A DNA stretch of 64,000 nucleotides from Candidatus Latescibacterota bacterium (GTDB taxonomy: Bacteria > Latescibacterota > UBA2968), in assembly GCA_965116885.1 (NCBI GenBank), contig OZ220741.1:3744001-3808000 (forward strand). The letters run 5' to 3'. This document shows, one piece after another, positions 20,011 through 29,918 of this stretch. The notes under the pieces were generated by a model that saw only the letters and a program-made list of their open reading frames with translations, was not told the DNA's origin and did no database searches. Positions within the stretch are counted from its first letter, which is position 1. Each line of letters begins with the position of its first letter. Both the position numbers and the translations under genes were made by a program.

Positions 20011-21150
20011 TCAGGGTAACCCCAACTCACGGCAGAAAGTAGAAAATGGCAACACGCGCGTGTTGTCTGTTGCATTGCCAAAATCCTTCGTGCCCAGATG
20101 TACCTGGTAAAATCGCGGAATATCTGTTCGTTCTCTGAAGTATCGACAGGTGGGAGAAGTACCGCACTCACCAGTTTTGCACTCGACGGCAAATTCGGCA
20201 TATCCATCGCGGAGAACGACAAAATCTACCTCGCGCTTGTCGGTATCTCGGATGAAGCGCAATTCCATGTCATGTCCTTCCGTATCTTGGACATAGTGGC
20301 AGTACTTCAGCAAGTGTCCGGCTACCATGTTCTCAAAACGGGCACCGCGGTCTGCTACGCGCGACCAGTCCCAGAAATACAGTTTCTTTTCCTTGCGTAC
20401 AGCTCTTATCCTCTTCGCTCCAAATGGTGGAATGCGATAGCACAGGTACAGCCTTTCAAAGATTGTGAGCCAGCGTTCGACGGTTTCGTAAGCCACTTGT
20501 AAGAGTTTGCTGAGGCTGTTGACCGAAAGCGGGGATCCCACGCAGGCGGGCAGGTGAGACAGTAGCAGGTCCAGCATGGATACCTCTCGCACATTTTCCA
20601 GATCGCGGAGATCTTCATAGATGACTCTTGCGGAATGCTCGCGCAGCCACCTGCGGTGAAAGCGCGTCTCCCCCCTGAGAAAAGGCTCGGGGAAACCGCC
20701 AAATCTGAGCAATTGCACCACGAGCGCGTTATCTGACTCCCGTCCGCGTTCCGTCAGTGTGAAGGGATGAAGACGGTAGTAGTGATATCGCCCCTGCAAA
20801 GAGTCGCCGCCTTTGCGGTAGTAGTCCAGCCGAGCCGAGCCGGTAACGATAAAGGAAATGGATGTCTTGTTTTTGTCGAATAATCCCTTCATTAGATTTC
20901 GCCATTGCGCATACTTGTGAATTTCATCGAAAATGATGCGGGTCTGGCCAGAAGGGAGTCTTCCCGCCAAAATATCCTCGCGATCGGCCAGTACATCCCA
21001 GTTCAGGTAGGCAGGTGACGATTCATTTTGGCTTTGTCCCAGCAGGGAGATTGCGAGTGTTGTTTTTCCAACCTGACGTGGCCCTCCGATGAATATCATC
21101 CTGTCTGCGATATCTGCTTCAATATGATCCGTGATGTAGCGGGGTTCCAT
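20011..21150 (-). CDS. AAA_14 ATPase with DUF4143/PD-(D/E)XK C-terminus
   Basis: GPRQVGKTT, IFDEIH, VTGS, GGFPE, KLYFWD, REVDF...AVECK; antisense insertion inside the operon. Confidence 0.85.
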   Translation of the reverse strand: MEPRYITDHIEADIADRMIFIGGPRQVGKTTLAISLLGQSQNESSPAYLNWDVLADREDILAGRLPSGQTRIIFDEIHKYAQWRNLMKGLFDKNKTSISFIVTGSARLDYYRKGGDSLQGRYHYYRLHPFTLTERGRESDNALVVQLLRFGGFPEPFLRGETRFHRRWLREHSARVIYEDLRDLENVREVSMLDLLLSHLPACVGSPLSVNSLSKLLQVAYETVERWLTIFERLYLCYRIPPFGAKRIRAVRKEKKLYFWDWSRVADRGARFENMVAGHLLKYCHYVQDTEGHDMELRFIRDTDKREVDFVVLRDGYAEFAVECKTGECGTSPTCRYFRERTDIPRFYQVHLGTKDFGNATDNTRVLPFSTFCRELGLP

Positions 21151-21173
21151 ACTTATCACCTTTCTCGTATGTC

Positions 21174-21237
21174 GTGAGTATTTTAGACTATACCTTAATA
21201 TACTCACGAGTATTTCAGAGTCAATGTGAAAATACTC
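21174..21237. promoter_or_regulatory. Two tandem 30-bp palindromes (GAGTAT-N18-ATACTC), putative operator
   Basis: Copies at 21176-21205 and 21208-21237, directly upstream of the AAA gene start. Confidence 0.55.
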
Positions 21238-21395
21238 TTATATCTCATTGTGCTTGCTTTTACCGGGACAAAAAGCTATTTTTTTATGCTATTCGCGAGC
21301 TAAAGCCTCACTTGGAGATGATTTAGTGGTTATATAAATTTCTTTTTTGAATGTTGCAGAGAAGCGATCATTAGTCTTTTAAAGAGGCGAAATAC

Positions 21396-22820
21396 ATGAT
21401 TCACTTACCCATTTTACGCGCGGGGGAACCGTACACGAGCTTAAGCGTTCAGGAAGTGTCGCATATTCAAACTGGCGAGCCGCTCGTTCAGGTCAGTCAG
21501 GCAAATCGGGGGCTGGTTGCGAAAGACTTAAATGCAGCGGCGGCGAACAAACGGGTGCTCGACAGGCTGAGTGTATCCGAACTCGTGGGCATAACCCGCG
21601 AAGCCGCGCGCTTATTTGCAGAAGCCGATTTGCCCATTGGCGATCATATCCAGACGCCCGATGACTATGTCAAACAGGTGTCTGGTACAACGGGTATGCC
21701 CGAGGCTCTCTGCCGCGCGAATATGGAAAAGATTCAACTCGTGTGTACGGAGATCGAAGCTATTTTAGGTGGTCTCACGCGCGGGTTAGACCTCGCTGTG
21801 TTCGATGAGGGCTGGTACAATCAGGATGGTCGCTCTCTCAGCTATATATGTCAGGCCGATGCCCTCGGGGCTATATTGCCGAGCAATTCGCCGGGAGTAC
21901 ATGCGCTTTGGGTTCCGTCTATACCGCTCAAGGTGCCCCTTGTTCTAAAACCCGGGCGCGAAGAGCCCTGGACGCCTTTTCGAATTGCACAGGCGTTTAT
22001 AGAAGCGGGGTGCCCGCCAGAAGCGTTTGGGTTCTATCCGACGGATCACGGTGGTGCCACTGAAATTTTGCTTCGCTGCGGTCGCTCCATGCTCTTTGGG
22101 GGCGGGGCGACGGTCGCGCCCTGGCTGAGCGATCCCCGCGTGGAAATCCACGGGCCTGGGCAGAGTAAGGTCATTATTGGCGAAGATGTGATAGACCGCT
22201 GGGAGGACTATCTCGACATCGCGGTTGCCTCAATTGCTGCAAATGGCGGTCGCTCTTGCATCAATGCGTCGGGCGTGTGGGTTCCCGCGCATGGTCGAGA
22301 AATTGCCGAAGCACTCGCAGAGCGATTGGCAAAAGTAGTCGGGAGACCTCTGGATGATCCGGAAGCGCAGATCGCGGCATTTACCAATCCCACATTTGCC
22401 GATCAAATTTCGACAGCGATAGACATTCATCTAAAAACTCCAGGGGCTGAAGATTTGACTGAAAAATTGCGCGGTGATCGGCTGGTCGAGATCGATAGAT
22501 TGAAATTCTTAAATCCCACGGTTGTCTGGTGCGATGATTTTGAACATCCTCTTGCAAATACCGAATATCTGTTCCCTTATGCGAGTGTGGTCGAAGTTCC
22601 GCAGTCGGAAATTCTGGACGAGATTGGACCGAGTCTCGTGGTGACAGCAATAACAGAGGACAGTGCATTTATCGACAAATTGCTCAATTCGCCCCATGTG
22701 GAAAGACTCAATGTGGGCGAGATTCCCACGCATCAGATTTCATGGGATCAACCGCACGAGGGCAATTTGTTCGAACACCTGTATCGGCAGCGCGCGCTGC
22801 AATGGGCGAAACAGGCATAG
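21396..22820 (+). CDS. GriD-like aldehyde dehydrogenase-fold protein (probable acyl-AMP reductase)
   Basis: LPSNSPG, LKPG, FGG, catalytic Cys in NGGRSCINAS, E.LFP; HGPGQSK in place of ELGGK. Confidence 0.75.
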   Translation: MIHLPILRAGEPYTSLSVQEVSHIQTGEPLVQVSQANRGLVAKDLNAAAANKRVLDRLSVSELVGITREAARLFAEADLPIGDHIQTPDDYVKQVSGTTGMPEALCRANMEKIQLVCTEIEAILGGLTRGLDLAVFDEGWYNQDGRSLSYICQADALGAILPSNSPGVHALWVPSIPLKVPLVLKPGREEPWTPFRIAQAFIEAGCPPEAFGFYPTDHGGATEILLRCGRSMLFGGGATVAPWLSDPRVEIHGPGQSKVIIGEDVIDRWEDYLDIAVASIAANGGRSCINASGVWVPAHGREIAEALAERLAKVVGRPLDDPEAQIAAFTNPTFADQISTAIDIHLKTPGAEDLTEKLRGDRLVEIDRLKFLNPTVVWCDDFEHPLANTEYLFPYASVVEVPQSEILDEIGPSLVVTAITEDSAFIDKLLNSPHVERLNVGEIPTHQISWDQPHEGNLFEHLYRQRALQWAKQA

Positions 22821-22823
22821 GAG

Positions 22824-23939
22824 ATGAAAGCATTTGATTTTTATCCCACTACACGCGTGGTGTTTGGGGAGGGCACGCTCGCGCAGTTGGGGAAACTATC
22901 AGAAAAATTGGGCGGTAGCCGTATTCTTTTTGTGACCGATCCAGGGATTGTAAGTGCCGGGCTTGCAGACCGTGCGATTGCGGTGCTTCAGCGCGCTTCC
23001 CTGGATTTTTTTGTATTTGATGGTGTGGATGAAAATCCCACGACCGCGCACATTGGGGCCGGTGTCGCGTTCGCAAAATCGCGTGGAAATATTGATTTGA
23101 TCGTCGGTATGGGTGGGGGGAGCGCGATGGATTGCGCTAAGGGAATCAATTTTATCCTGACCAACGGCGGTCAGATGGAAGATTATTGGGGTATGGGCCA
23201 TGCGGTAAAACCCATGTTGCCTTCTATCGGGATTCCAACGACTGCGGGTACAGGGAGTGAAGCACAGTCCTACGCGCTTATTTCCGATGCAAAAACGCAT
23301 GTCAAGATGGCCTACGGCGATCTGAAAGCGCGATTTCGAAGTGTTATTCTCGATCCGTCACTGGTCGAAAGTGTGCCGAAAAAAGTCGCAGCAGCAGCGG
23401 GTATAGACGCCATTGCACACGCTATCGAAAGTTATGTTTGCACGCGCCGGAATGCCATTTCTATGATGTTCTCGCAAAAGGCGTGGCAATTGCTTTCATC
23501 GAGTTTTGAAAGCGTGCTGAAGGATGCTTCCGATAGCGAGGCGAGGGGAAAAATGCTTTTGGGGGCGCACTTTGCCGGCGCGGCTGTTGAGAATGCCATG
23601 TTGGGTGCCGCACATGCGTGTGCCAATCCATTGACCGCGCATTTTGGTATTACACATGGTGTTGCTGTGGCACTTATGCTACCCGCTGTCGTCCAATTTA
23701 ATGGAGAAACCGCAGGCACGCGCTATCGTGGACTTGGATCCGATGTTGATGAACTCGTCGAGAAGGTCGTTTTTCTGAAAGAATGTGCAAATCTGCCTTT
23801 TCAACTGCGCGACCTCGGTGTAGCACATGACAGCCTCCCAACACTGGCAAAAGATGCAACTGAACAATGGACAGGTACGTTTAATCCGAGACCTGTGGAT
23901 GAAGATGATTTTTTTGTCCTTTACGAATCTGTGTATTGA
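22824..23939 (+). CDS. Iron-containing alcohol dehydrogenase
   Basis: GGGSAMD, IPTTAGTGSE, DAIAHAIE, AHACAN, HGVA, NPR. Confidence 0.9.
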   Translation: MKAFDFYPTTRVVFGEGTLAQLGKLSEKLGGSRILFVTDPGIVSAGLADRAIAVLQRASLDFFVFDGVDENPTTAHIGAGVAFAKSRGNIDLIVGMGGGSAMDCAKGINFILTNGGQMEDYWGMGHAVKPMLPSIGIPTTAGTGSEAQSYALISDAKTHVKMAYGDLKARFRSVILDPSLVESVPKKVAAAAGIDAIAHAIESYVCTRRNAISMMFSQKAWQLLSSSFESVLKDASDSEARGKMLLGAHFAGAAVENAMLGAAHACANPLTAHFGITHGVAVALMLPAVVQFNGETAGTRYRGLGSDVDELVEKVVFLKECANLPFQLRDLGVAHDSLPTLAKDATEQWTGTFNPRPVDEDDFFVLYESVY

Positions 23940-23940
23940 T

Positions 23941-24023
23941 CCGCAGATGGGCGCAGATGGAAGGCTTTTATGCACACACATGATGAAACAGGTAACAACG
24001 TAACCCTCTGTGTTCATCTGTGT
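23941..24023. repeat. Inverted pair of CGCAGATG-type repeats (mini-element) at a gene junction
   Basis: ccgcagatgggcgcagatgg (23941-23960) and ctctgtgttcatctgtgt (24006-24023, inverted). Confidence 0.5.
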
Positions 24024-25127
24024 AAAACGCTCAAATTATTCGCTGTCTTCTTTTTGGGTTTATTTTTCATTCCCGTCCAGGCAGAAGAATGGAGCCGATT
24101 TCGCGGGGATGCACAATCTACGGGTGTTGCAAATAGCAGCCTGCCCGCTGAACTGGATGTGTTGTGGACAGCGCAAGTCGAAATAGGGATTGAATCCACC
24201 GCCGCAATTTGGCAAGACGCGGTGTATGTGGGCGGGTTGGATGAAAAGCTGTATGCTTTTGATTTTGATAGCGGTGCGATCAAGTGGACGTATGTGGCTA
24301 CGGGTGAGATCAAATCATCGCCACTGGTTTTTGAAAAAACCGTGTTTTTCGGCGATGGCAATGGCGTTTTTCACGCTGTTGATGCACAAACAGGTAATGC
24401 ATTGTGGACGTTTCAAACGGATGGGGAGATTATCTCGTCGGCAAATGCAACCGGGGGGCGCATCCTGTTTGGGTCTTATGATCAGTTCTTATATTGCCTC
24501 GCGCCGGACGATGGGTCTTTGTTGTGGAAGATAGAAACGGATGGTTATGTTCACGGCATGCCAGCTATCGCACAAGCGCATACGCTGATCGCGGGGTGTG
24601 ATGGCCTTTTGCGCGTTATCGATATTGCCAGCGGAAAAGAGCAATCGCAAATTGAACTCGGTGCTTATGTGGGTGCCAGCGCAGCCGTTCATCAGACGCG
24701 GGCTTATGTGGGGACTTATGAAAGCCAGGTCTTGTGCCTTGACTTAACGGCAAAAGAAATTGTCTGGCGATACGAACATCCGCAGCGAAAATTGCCCTAT
24801 TTTGCATCGCCATCCATAACTCCTGAGCGGGTTATTGTTGCAGGGCGCGACAAAATGGTTCACGCGCTTGATCCCGATACGGGCGATGTTTTGTGGACTT
24901 ACACGTCCCGATCCCGATTTGAAGCATCTCCGGTTGTGGTGGGTGATCGCGTTTTTGCAGGGACCTCAGGTGGCAAAATCGTGGCATTAAATATCGAGAC
25001 CAGTGAACTCGATTGGGAATTTGTGACCGGATCGGAATTTGTTGCCTCGCCCAGTGTGGCGCGCGAGCGACTGATTATTGGCACGACAGACGGCACGTTA
25101 TATTGTTTTGGAAAGGCGGAAGAATGA
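23970..25127 (+). CDS. Exported PQQ-like (BamB-fold) beta-propeller protein
   Basis: Signal peptide, WSRFRGD, regular AxDxxxGxxxW repeats with SSP motifs. Start uncertain. Confidence 0.8.
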   Translation: MHTHDETGNNVTLCVHLCKTLKLFAVFFLGLFFIPVQAEEWSRFRGDAQSTGVANSSLPAELDVLWTAQVEIGIESTAAIWQDAVYVGGLDEKLYAFDFDSGAIKWTYVATGEIKSSPLVFEKTVFFGDGNGVFHAVDAQTGNALWTFQTDGEIISSANATGGRILFGSYDQFLYCLAPDDGSLLWKIETDGYVHGMPAIAQAHTLIAGCDGLLRVIDIASGKEQSQIELGAYVGASAAVHQTRAYVGTYESQVLCLDLTAKEIVWRYEHPQRKLPYFASPSITPERVIVAGRDKMVHALDPDTGDVLWTYTSRSRFEASPVVVGDRVFAGTSGGKIVALNIETSELDWEFVTGSEFVASPSVARERLIIGTTDGTLYCFGKAEE

Positions 25128-26470
25128 GCGAGCAAATCCAGATTCCAGAGCCAGCAACGACCCGTAAAGTGTGGAAGGAAACAGATGTTGGAAGCGTGTT
25201 TGTTTCCAATTATCCGCCTTACTCTTTCTGGCGCGACGAAAACACAGTAGAGATTGAAGAGATGTTGCACGCATCCGATTCGGGGGATAGAGAAACACCT
25301 CTGGGCCTTTATATGCATATCCCATTTTGCCGAAAGCGGTGCAAGTTCTGTTATTTTCGGGTTTATACAGATCGCAATAGTGCTGAAATTCAAACGTATT
25401 TAGATGCTTTGGCAAAAGAGGTGGAAACGTATAGTACCTTGCCGCGTGTTGCAGGTAGAAAATTGAACTTTGTTTATTTTGGCGGTGGTACGCCGTCTTA
25501 TATTAGTGTCAAACACTTAAAGGCTCTGGTTGACAGGGTCAAGGCTGTGATGCCGTGGGATGATGCGGAAGAGGTGGCATTTGAGTGCGAGCCGGGCACG
25601 CTTTCACAGTCCAAAGTTGAGGCTGTTCGGGAAATTGGCGTCACGCGCTTGAGCCTGGGTTTGGAGAACTTAAACGACGATATTTTACGGGAGAATGGTC
25701 GCGCACATGTCAGCAAAGAAATTTACAGGGCTATGCCCTGGGTCAAGGCGCAGGAATTTGCACAGGTCAATGTGGATTTAATCTCCGGTATGGTTGGGGA
25801 ATCGTGGGAGACATGGCGAGATACAGTGCAGGGCACCATTGATCTCGATGCGGATAGCGTTACTATCTATCAGATGGAATTGCCGTTTAATACGACGTAT
25901 TCAAAAGCCATACGCGATGGAGGAGGTTTGCCGGTCGCAGATTGGGCTACCAAGCGCGCGTGGCACAATTATGCGATTGAAGAGTTTGCCAAAGCGGGTT
26001 ATGAGACATCGAGTGCTTATACGCTGGTAAAAAAAGGTCGTCTGAATAAATTCGTCTATCGAGATGCCCTTTGGCGCAGCGCGGATCTCATCGGTACGGG
26101 TGTGGCTTCTTTTTCACATGTGGGTGGTATGCATTTTCAAAACCAGACGCATTGGGATCCCTATATCGAAACTGTTGGAAAAGGGCAACTGCCGATCAAT
26201 CGATCTTTTGTGCCAACAAAAGAAGAGCGACTGATTAGAGAGATGATTTTACAACTCAAGCTGGGACGAATTGAAACAGCGTATTTCCAGAATAAATTTG
26301 GTGTCAATATTCTGCGCCAATTTGGTGAAGCCTATCAAAAACTCAGGGATTACGAGATGCTGGATTTCGATTCGCAAAGTATCACTCTGAGCCGGGAGGG
26401 GCTTTTGCGCGTTGATCAATTGTTACCCGAATTTTACCACGAGAAATATCGCAATTCGCGTTATACCTGA
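25124..26470 (+). CDS. HemN-like radical SAM enzyme (class C methyltransferase/HemW-like clade; probably not true HemN)
   Basis: YMHIPFCRKRCKFCYF, YFGGGTPS, RLSLG, NVDLISG; ATGA overlap with the upstream stop. Confidence 0.85.
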   Translation: MSEQIQIPEPATTRKVWKETDVGSVFVSNYPPYSFWRDENTVEIEEMLHASDSGDRETPLGLYMHIPFCRKRCKFCYFRVYTDRNSAEIQTYLDALAKEVETYSTLPRVAGRKLNFVYFGGGTPSYISVKHLKALVDRVKAVMPWDDAEEVAFECEPGTLSQSKVEAVREIGVTRLSLGLENLNDDILRENGRAHVSKEIYRAMPWVKAQEFAQVNVDLISGMVGESWETWRDTVQGTIDLDADSVTIYQMELPFNTTYSKAIRDGGGLPVADWATKRAWHNYAIEEFAKAGYETSSAYTLVKKGRLNKFVYRDALWRSADLIGTGVASFSHVGGMHFQNQTHWDPYIETVGKGQLPINRSFVPTKEERLIREMILQLKLGRIETAYFQNKFGVNILRQFGEAYQKLRDYEMLDFDSQSITLSREGLLRVDQLLPEFYHEKYRNSRYT

Positions 26471-26495
26471 GCGAACACTAAGCTATGGAGGATTT

Positions 26496-27737
26496 ATGAA
26501 ATACAGGTATTATTTTTTGCTCGCTGTTGTGCTGTGCTTTTCTTCCGCACACGCGGATTGGCCCCAGTGGTTGGGTCCCAACCGGACGGGTATTTCTTCT
26601 GAAACGGGATTGTTGACAACCTGGGCAACTGATGGGCCAACGGTTGTGTGGGAAAAAGAACTCGGTGAGGGGTTTTCCGGCATTTCGGTCGTAGATGGGC
26701 GAGTCTATACGATGTTTTCTGCTGGTGAAGACGAATTTGTCATTTGTCTGAAAGAAAAAACTGGTGAGGAAATCTGGCGTTTCAAGACAGGTGCCAAATT
26801 TTATGAGCGGCAGGGTGGGAATGGCCCCCGTTCTCAGCCAACTGTAGATGGCGAGCGGGTTTTTGTGCTCAGTGCCGAAGGCTGGTTGTACGCGCTCAAT
26901 GCAAAAGATGGGAAAAAACAGTGGCTGGTCGATCTTTACGATGGGCTGGGCAGTCGCGTGCCAAAATTCGGGTTTTCGACGTCGCCGCTGGTCGAAGGCG
27001 ATTTGTTGCTTTTAGAGGTGGGCACACGGCAGGGGACGTTTATCGCTTTGGATAAGACCAATGGCGCTGTCAAGTGGGCGTCTCAACGAGACATCGTGTC
27101 TTATTCATCGCCCATTGCTGCAGATATTGCGGGTATTCGCCAGGTGGTTTTTGTTTCGGGCGAAGCCGCAGTTGGGCTTTCTCCTGCGGATGGCTCGCTT
27201 TACTGGCGATTTCCTTGGCACACATCTTATGATCTGAATGTTGCCACGCCAATTTTAGTGCCTCCAGATCGCATATTTATCTCTTCGGGTTATGACCACG
27301 GGGCAGCCCTGTTGCAAATATCCCAGGAGGGAGACGGTTTGAGCGTTAAAAAGGTGTGGGAAAGCCGCGGCATGAAAAACCATTTTGGCACATCGCTCCT
27401 GATCGGCGATTATATCTACGGTTTTGACAATGCGATTTTGAAATGTATTGAAGCAGAGACGGGTAAAGAACAGTGGAGACGCCGGGGATATGGTAAAGGA
27501 ACGCTTATTTATGCCGATGGACAGTTGATCATTTTGAGCGATAAAGGCAAACTCGCATTGGCAGATGCATCGCCCCTGAATTTTAGTGAAAAAGTCAGTG
27601 CACAGGTGCTTTCGGGCAAATGCTGGACACCACCAACACTTGCCAATGGGAAAATTTTTGTGCGCGATATGCACAAGATTGTATGCATGGATGTATCAGG
27701 TCCACAGGCGAAATCTGCGGACACGGAGAGCGAGTAA
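26496..27737 (+). CDS. Exported PQQ-like beta-propeller protein
   Basis: GGAGG RBS, signal peptide, DWPQWLGP, GPRSQP, YSSP, CWTPP. Confidence 0.85.
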   Translation: MKYRYYFLLAVVLCFSSAHADWPQWLGPNRTGISSETGLLTTWATDGPTVVWEKELGEGFSGISVVDGRVYTMFSAGEDEFVICLKEKTGEEIWRFKTGAKFYERQGGNGPRSQPTVDGERVFVLSAEGWLYALNAKDGKKQWLVDLYDGLGSRVPKFGFSTSPLVEGDLLLLEVGTRQGTFIALDKTNGAVKWASQRDIVSYSSPIAADIAGIRQVVFVSGEAAVGLSPADGSLYWRFPWHTSYDLNVATPILVPPDRIFISSGYDHGAALLQISQEGDGLSVKKVWESRGMKNHFGTSLLIGDYIYGFDNAILKCIEAETGKEQWRRRGYGKGTLIYADGQLIILSDKGKLALADASPLNFSEKVSAQVLSGKCWTPPTLANGKIFVRDMHKIVCMDVSGPQAKSADTESE

Positions 27738-27782
27738 TAGTCGGAAAAGGCCGGGGGGCAACCGATAACCGGAGAGGTCACG

Positions 27783-29915
27783 ATGCGTTATTTTCAACAG
27801 GTTTTAATTTTTATCTGTATTCTGGGCCTGACGGGTAATCCTATTTTTGCGCAAAATACAGAAGAGGAGGAAAAGAAGGAAGAGGAAGAACTGCCCGTTT
27901 ATGCGGGGGAAGAGATTGTGGTGACGGAGAGCAAGGAAAAAGTGCCTACGGTGAGCACTATCGCGTCGAAGGTTCCCATTCCAATCCGCTTGACTCCGGC
28001 GAGTATCGGTGTGGTCAATCACGGGTTGTTCCAGCACCAGAGTGGCGTGGTTTTGGGGGATGCGCTGCGAAATGTAAGCGGGGTCAATATTCAGACCGTA
28101 TTTGGCGTGACGGATTTTTTCGTCATTCGCGGGTTCGATTCGCTTTCCAGCGGGTTGGTGCTCACCGATGGCGCATCTGAGCCGGAAGCCACATTTTACA
28201 ATCTTTACAATCTGGAGCGCGTGGAGGTACTCAAGGGACCAGGCGCATTTTTATACGGCGGCAATCCGCTTTCTGGATCGGTGAATCTGAGTCGCAAACA
28301 ACCGATTTTTACAAATGCGCTCCAGGTCGGGGGTTCTTACGGTCCTTACAATACGATTCGAGGAACCGCAGATGCTAATTGGGCAGATATCGATCAGGGT
28401 GTTGCCTTGCGCGTCAATGCACTGCGACAGGTTTCTGATAGCTATCGAGACGATAAAGACAGCGGTTTGTGGGCTGTGAATCCCGCGGCGACATGGCGGC
28501 CCAGTGACAGAACCACAGTGACTGCCAATTTTGAATATGTCACCAGCAGATACAAATCGGATGCGGGCCTTCCTATTATCAATGAGGCGGTCGCAGATGT
28601 GCCGCGCACACAATCGTATCAATCGCCTTTTGATGCGTCAGATCAAGATATTTATCGGGCGCGCGTCGATCTTCACTCTCGCTTGTCGAGACAGGTCACG
28701 CTTCGCAATAAGTTTTATTATACCGATTTTTCATGGGTGTCTCAGGGCACGTTGTTCAGCGGCATTTTTCCCAATGCTCAGGGAAGTCTGGACATTCTGC
28801 GTTCACTTGTTCTGTTGGATGACCGCCAGAAAGTGTTGGGCAATCAGTTTGAGTTTTTATCCACATTCCGCACGGGGCATGTAGAGCACACGCTGCTTAC
28901 CGGACTGGAGTTGATGCAGTGGAAAGACAAATTTACCTTAGATGTGGCTGCTTTGCCCAATATCGATGTGTTCAATCCCGTAGAGACCGCGAGCACGAGC
29001 CAACCTCATTTTATTATTCCAGGGCAATCGCAGGGGGCGGATTCAAAAAGTCTCGTTGTCGCGCCCTATGTCGTGAATCGCATTGTCTTTTGTCCATGCT
29101 ATGAGGCATTTGTAGGTGTGCGATATGACCGCATTGATTACAATGATCCCCTGACTTCCACCTCTCGCGATTACAACAAATTGAGTCCTATGGCTGGTAT
29201 GGTGTTTTCGCTTAAGGAGGACCTCTCATTTTACGCCAATGTGGGTAAAGCATTTGCGCCTCCTTCCAGCCTGGTCGCAGGCCCGCGAGAGACCGAAGAG
29301 AGTTTTCAGATGGAAGTGGGCGCGAAAAAATTCCTGGTGGACGACCGTCTGCACGCGAGTCTCGCTGTTTATCATCTGGCAAAAAGTAATATCGGAATTC
29401 CCGATGCGACGGGTGTCACACAGCAAGATGGTGATCAACGGTCTCGCGGTGTTGAGGCCGAGGTGATGATGCGCCCAGTGAGAAATTGGCACACATTTTT
29501 GTCCTACTCATTTTCCAATGCGACACTCACCCGCTTTGCCGAGTTTGTTCCCGTGTTCACGCAGACGGGTATCACATACCAGCTTATGGATCGTTCGGGA
29601 AATAGGGCGGCTTTTTCGCCACGCCATATTTTTAATGTGTGGACGGCGAGAGGATTTGACAACGGGTTGGAATTTGGGATTGGGGCGCGCTATGTCACCA
29701 ACCAGTTTATTGCTGCAGACAATCAATTTCAAATTGGGGATGTATTGACGCTGGATGCATCCGCGTCTTATACGTACAGGCAGATGAAATTTCGCATCAA
29801 TGCGAAAAATTTGACCAATCGGGAATACGAAACGCAGGGTAGCCTCGGCGCCCCCACCTCAGTTATTCCGGCCAATCCATTTGGCCTGTACTGTGCTTTT
29901 GAAGTCAATATTTAA
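27783..29915 (+). CDS. TonB-dependent outer-membrane receptor
   Basis: Signal peptide, TonB box EEIVVT, plug motifs IRGF and ERVEVLKGPGAFLYG, NLTN..Y, amphipathic C-terminal strand. Confidence 0.9.
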   Translation: MRYFQQVLIFICILGLTGNPIFAQNTEEEEKKEEEELPVYAGEEIVVTESKEKVPTVSTIASKVPIPIRLTPASIGVVNHGLFQHQSGVVLGDALRNVSGVNIQTVFGVTDFFVIRGFDSLSSGLVLTDGASEPEATFYNLYNLERVEVLKGPGAFLYGGNPLSGSVNLSRKQPIFTNALQVGGSYGPYNTIRGTADANWADIDQGVALRVNALRQVSDSYRDDKDSGLWAVNPAATWRPSDRTTVTANFEYVTSRYKSDAGLPIINEAVADVPRTQSYQSPFDASDQDIYRARVDLHSRLSRQVTLRNKFYYTDFSWVSQGTLFSGIFPNAQGSLDILRSLVLLDDRQKVLGNQFEFLSTFRTGHVEHTLLTGLELMQWKDKFTLDVAALPNIDVFNPVETASTSQPHFIIPGQSQGADSKSLVVAPYVVNRIVFCPCYEAFVGVRYDRIDYNDPLTSTSRDYNKLSPMAGMVFSLKEDLSFYANVGKAFAPPSSLVAGPRETEESFQMEVGAKKFLVDDRLHASLAVYHLAKSNIGIPDATGVTQQDGDQRSRGVEAEVMMRPVRNWHTFLSYSFSNATLTRFAEFVPVFTQTGITYQLMDRSGNRAAFSPRHIFNVWTARGFDNGLEFGIGARYVTNQFIAADNQFQIGDVLTLDASASYTYRQMKFRINAKNLTNREYETQGSLGAPTSVIPANPFGLYCAFEVNI

Positions 29916-29918
29916 ACT

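Noticed and set aside
18900..22820. Phenazine biosynthesis cluster
   Set aside because: EhpF/GriC-like genes are present, but no phzA/B, D, E, F or G homologs are in the window.
23970..25127. bamB
   Set aside because: No lipobox and no bam/der/hisS context; it is one of six propeller paralogs.
25124..26470. Calling the gene hemN
   Set aside because: It lacks the N-terminal PRYTSYP motif and there is no heme pathway context.
27738..27782. Riboswitch upstream of the TonB receptor
   Set aside because: The gap is only 45 nt and has no cobalamin or TPP consensus.
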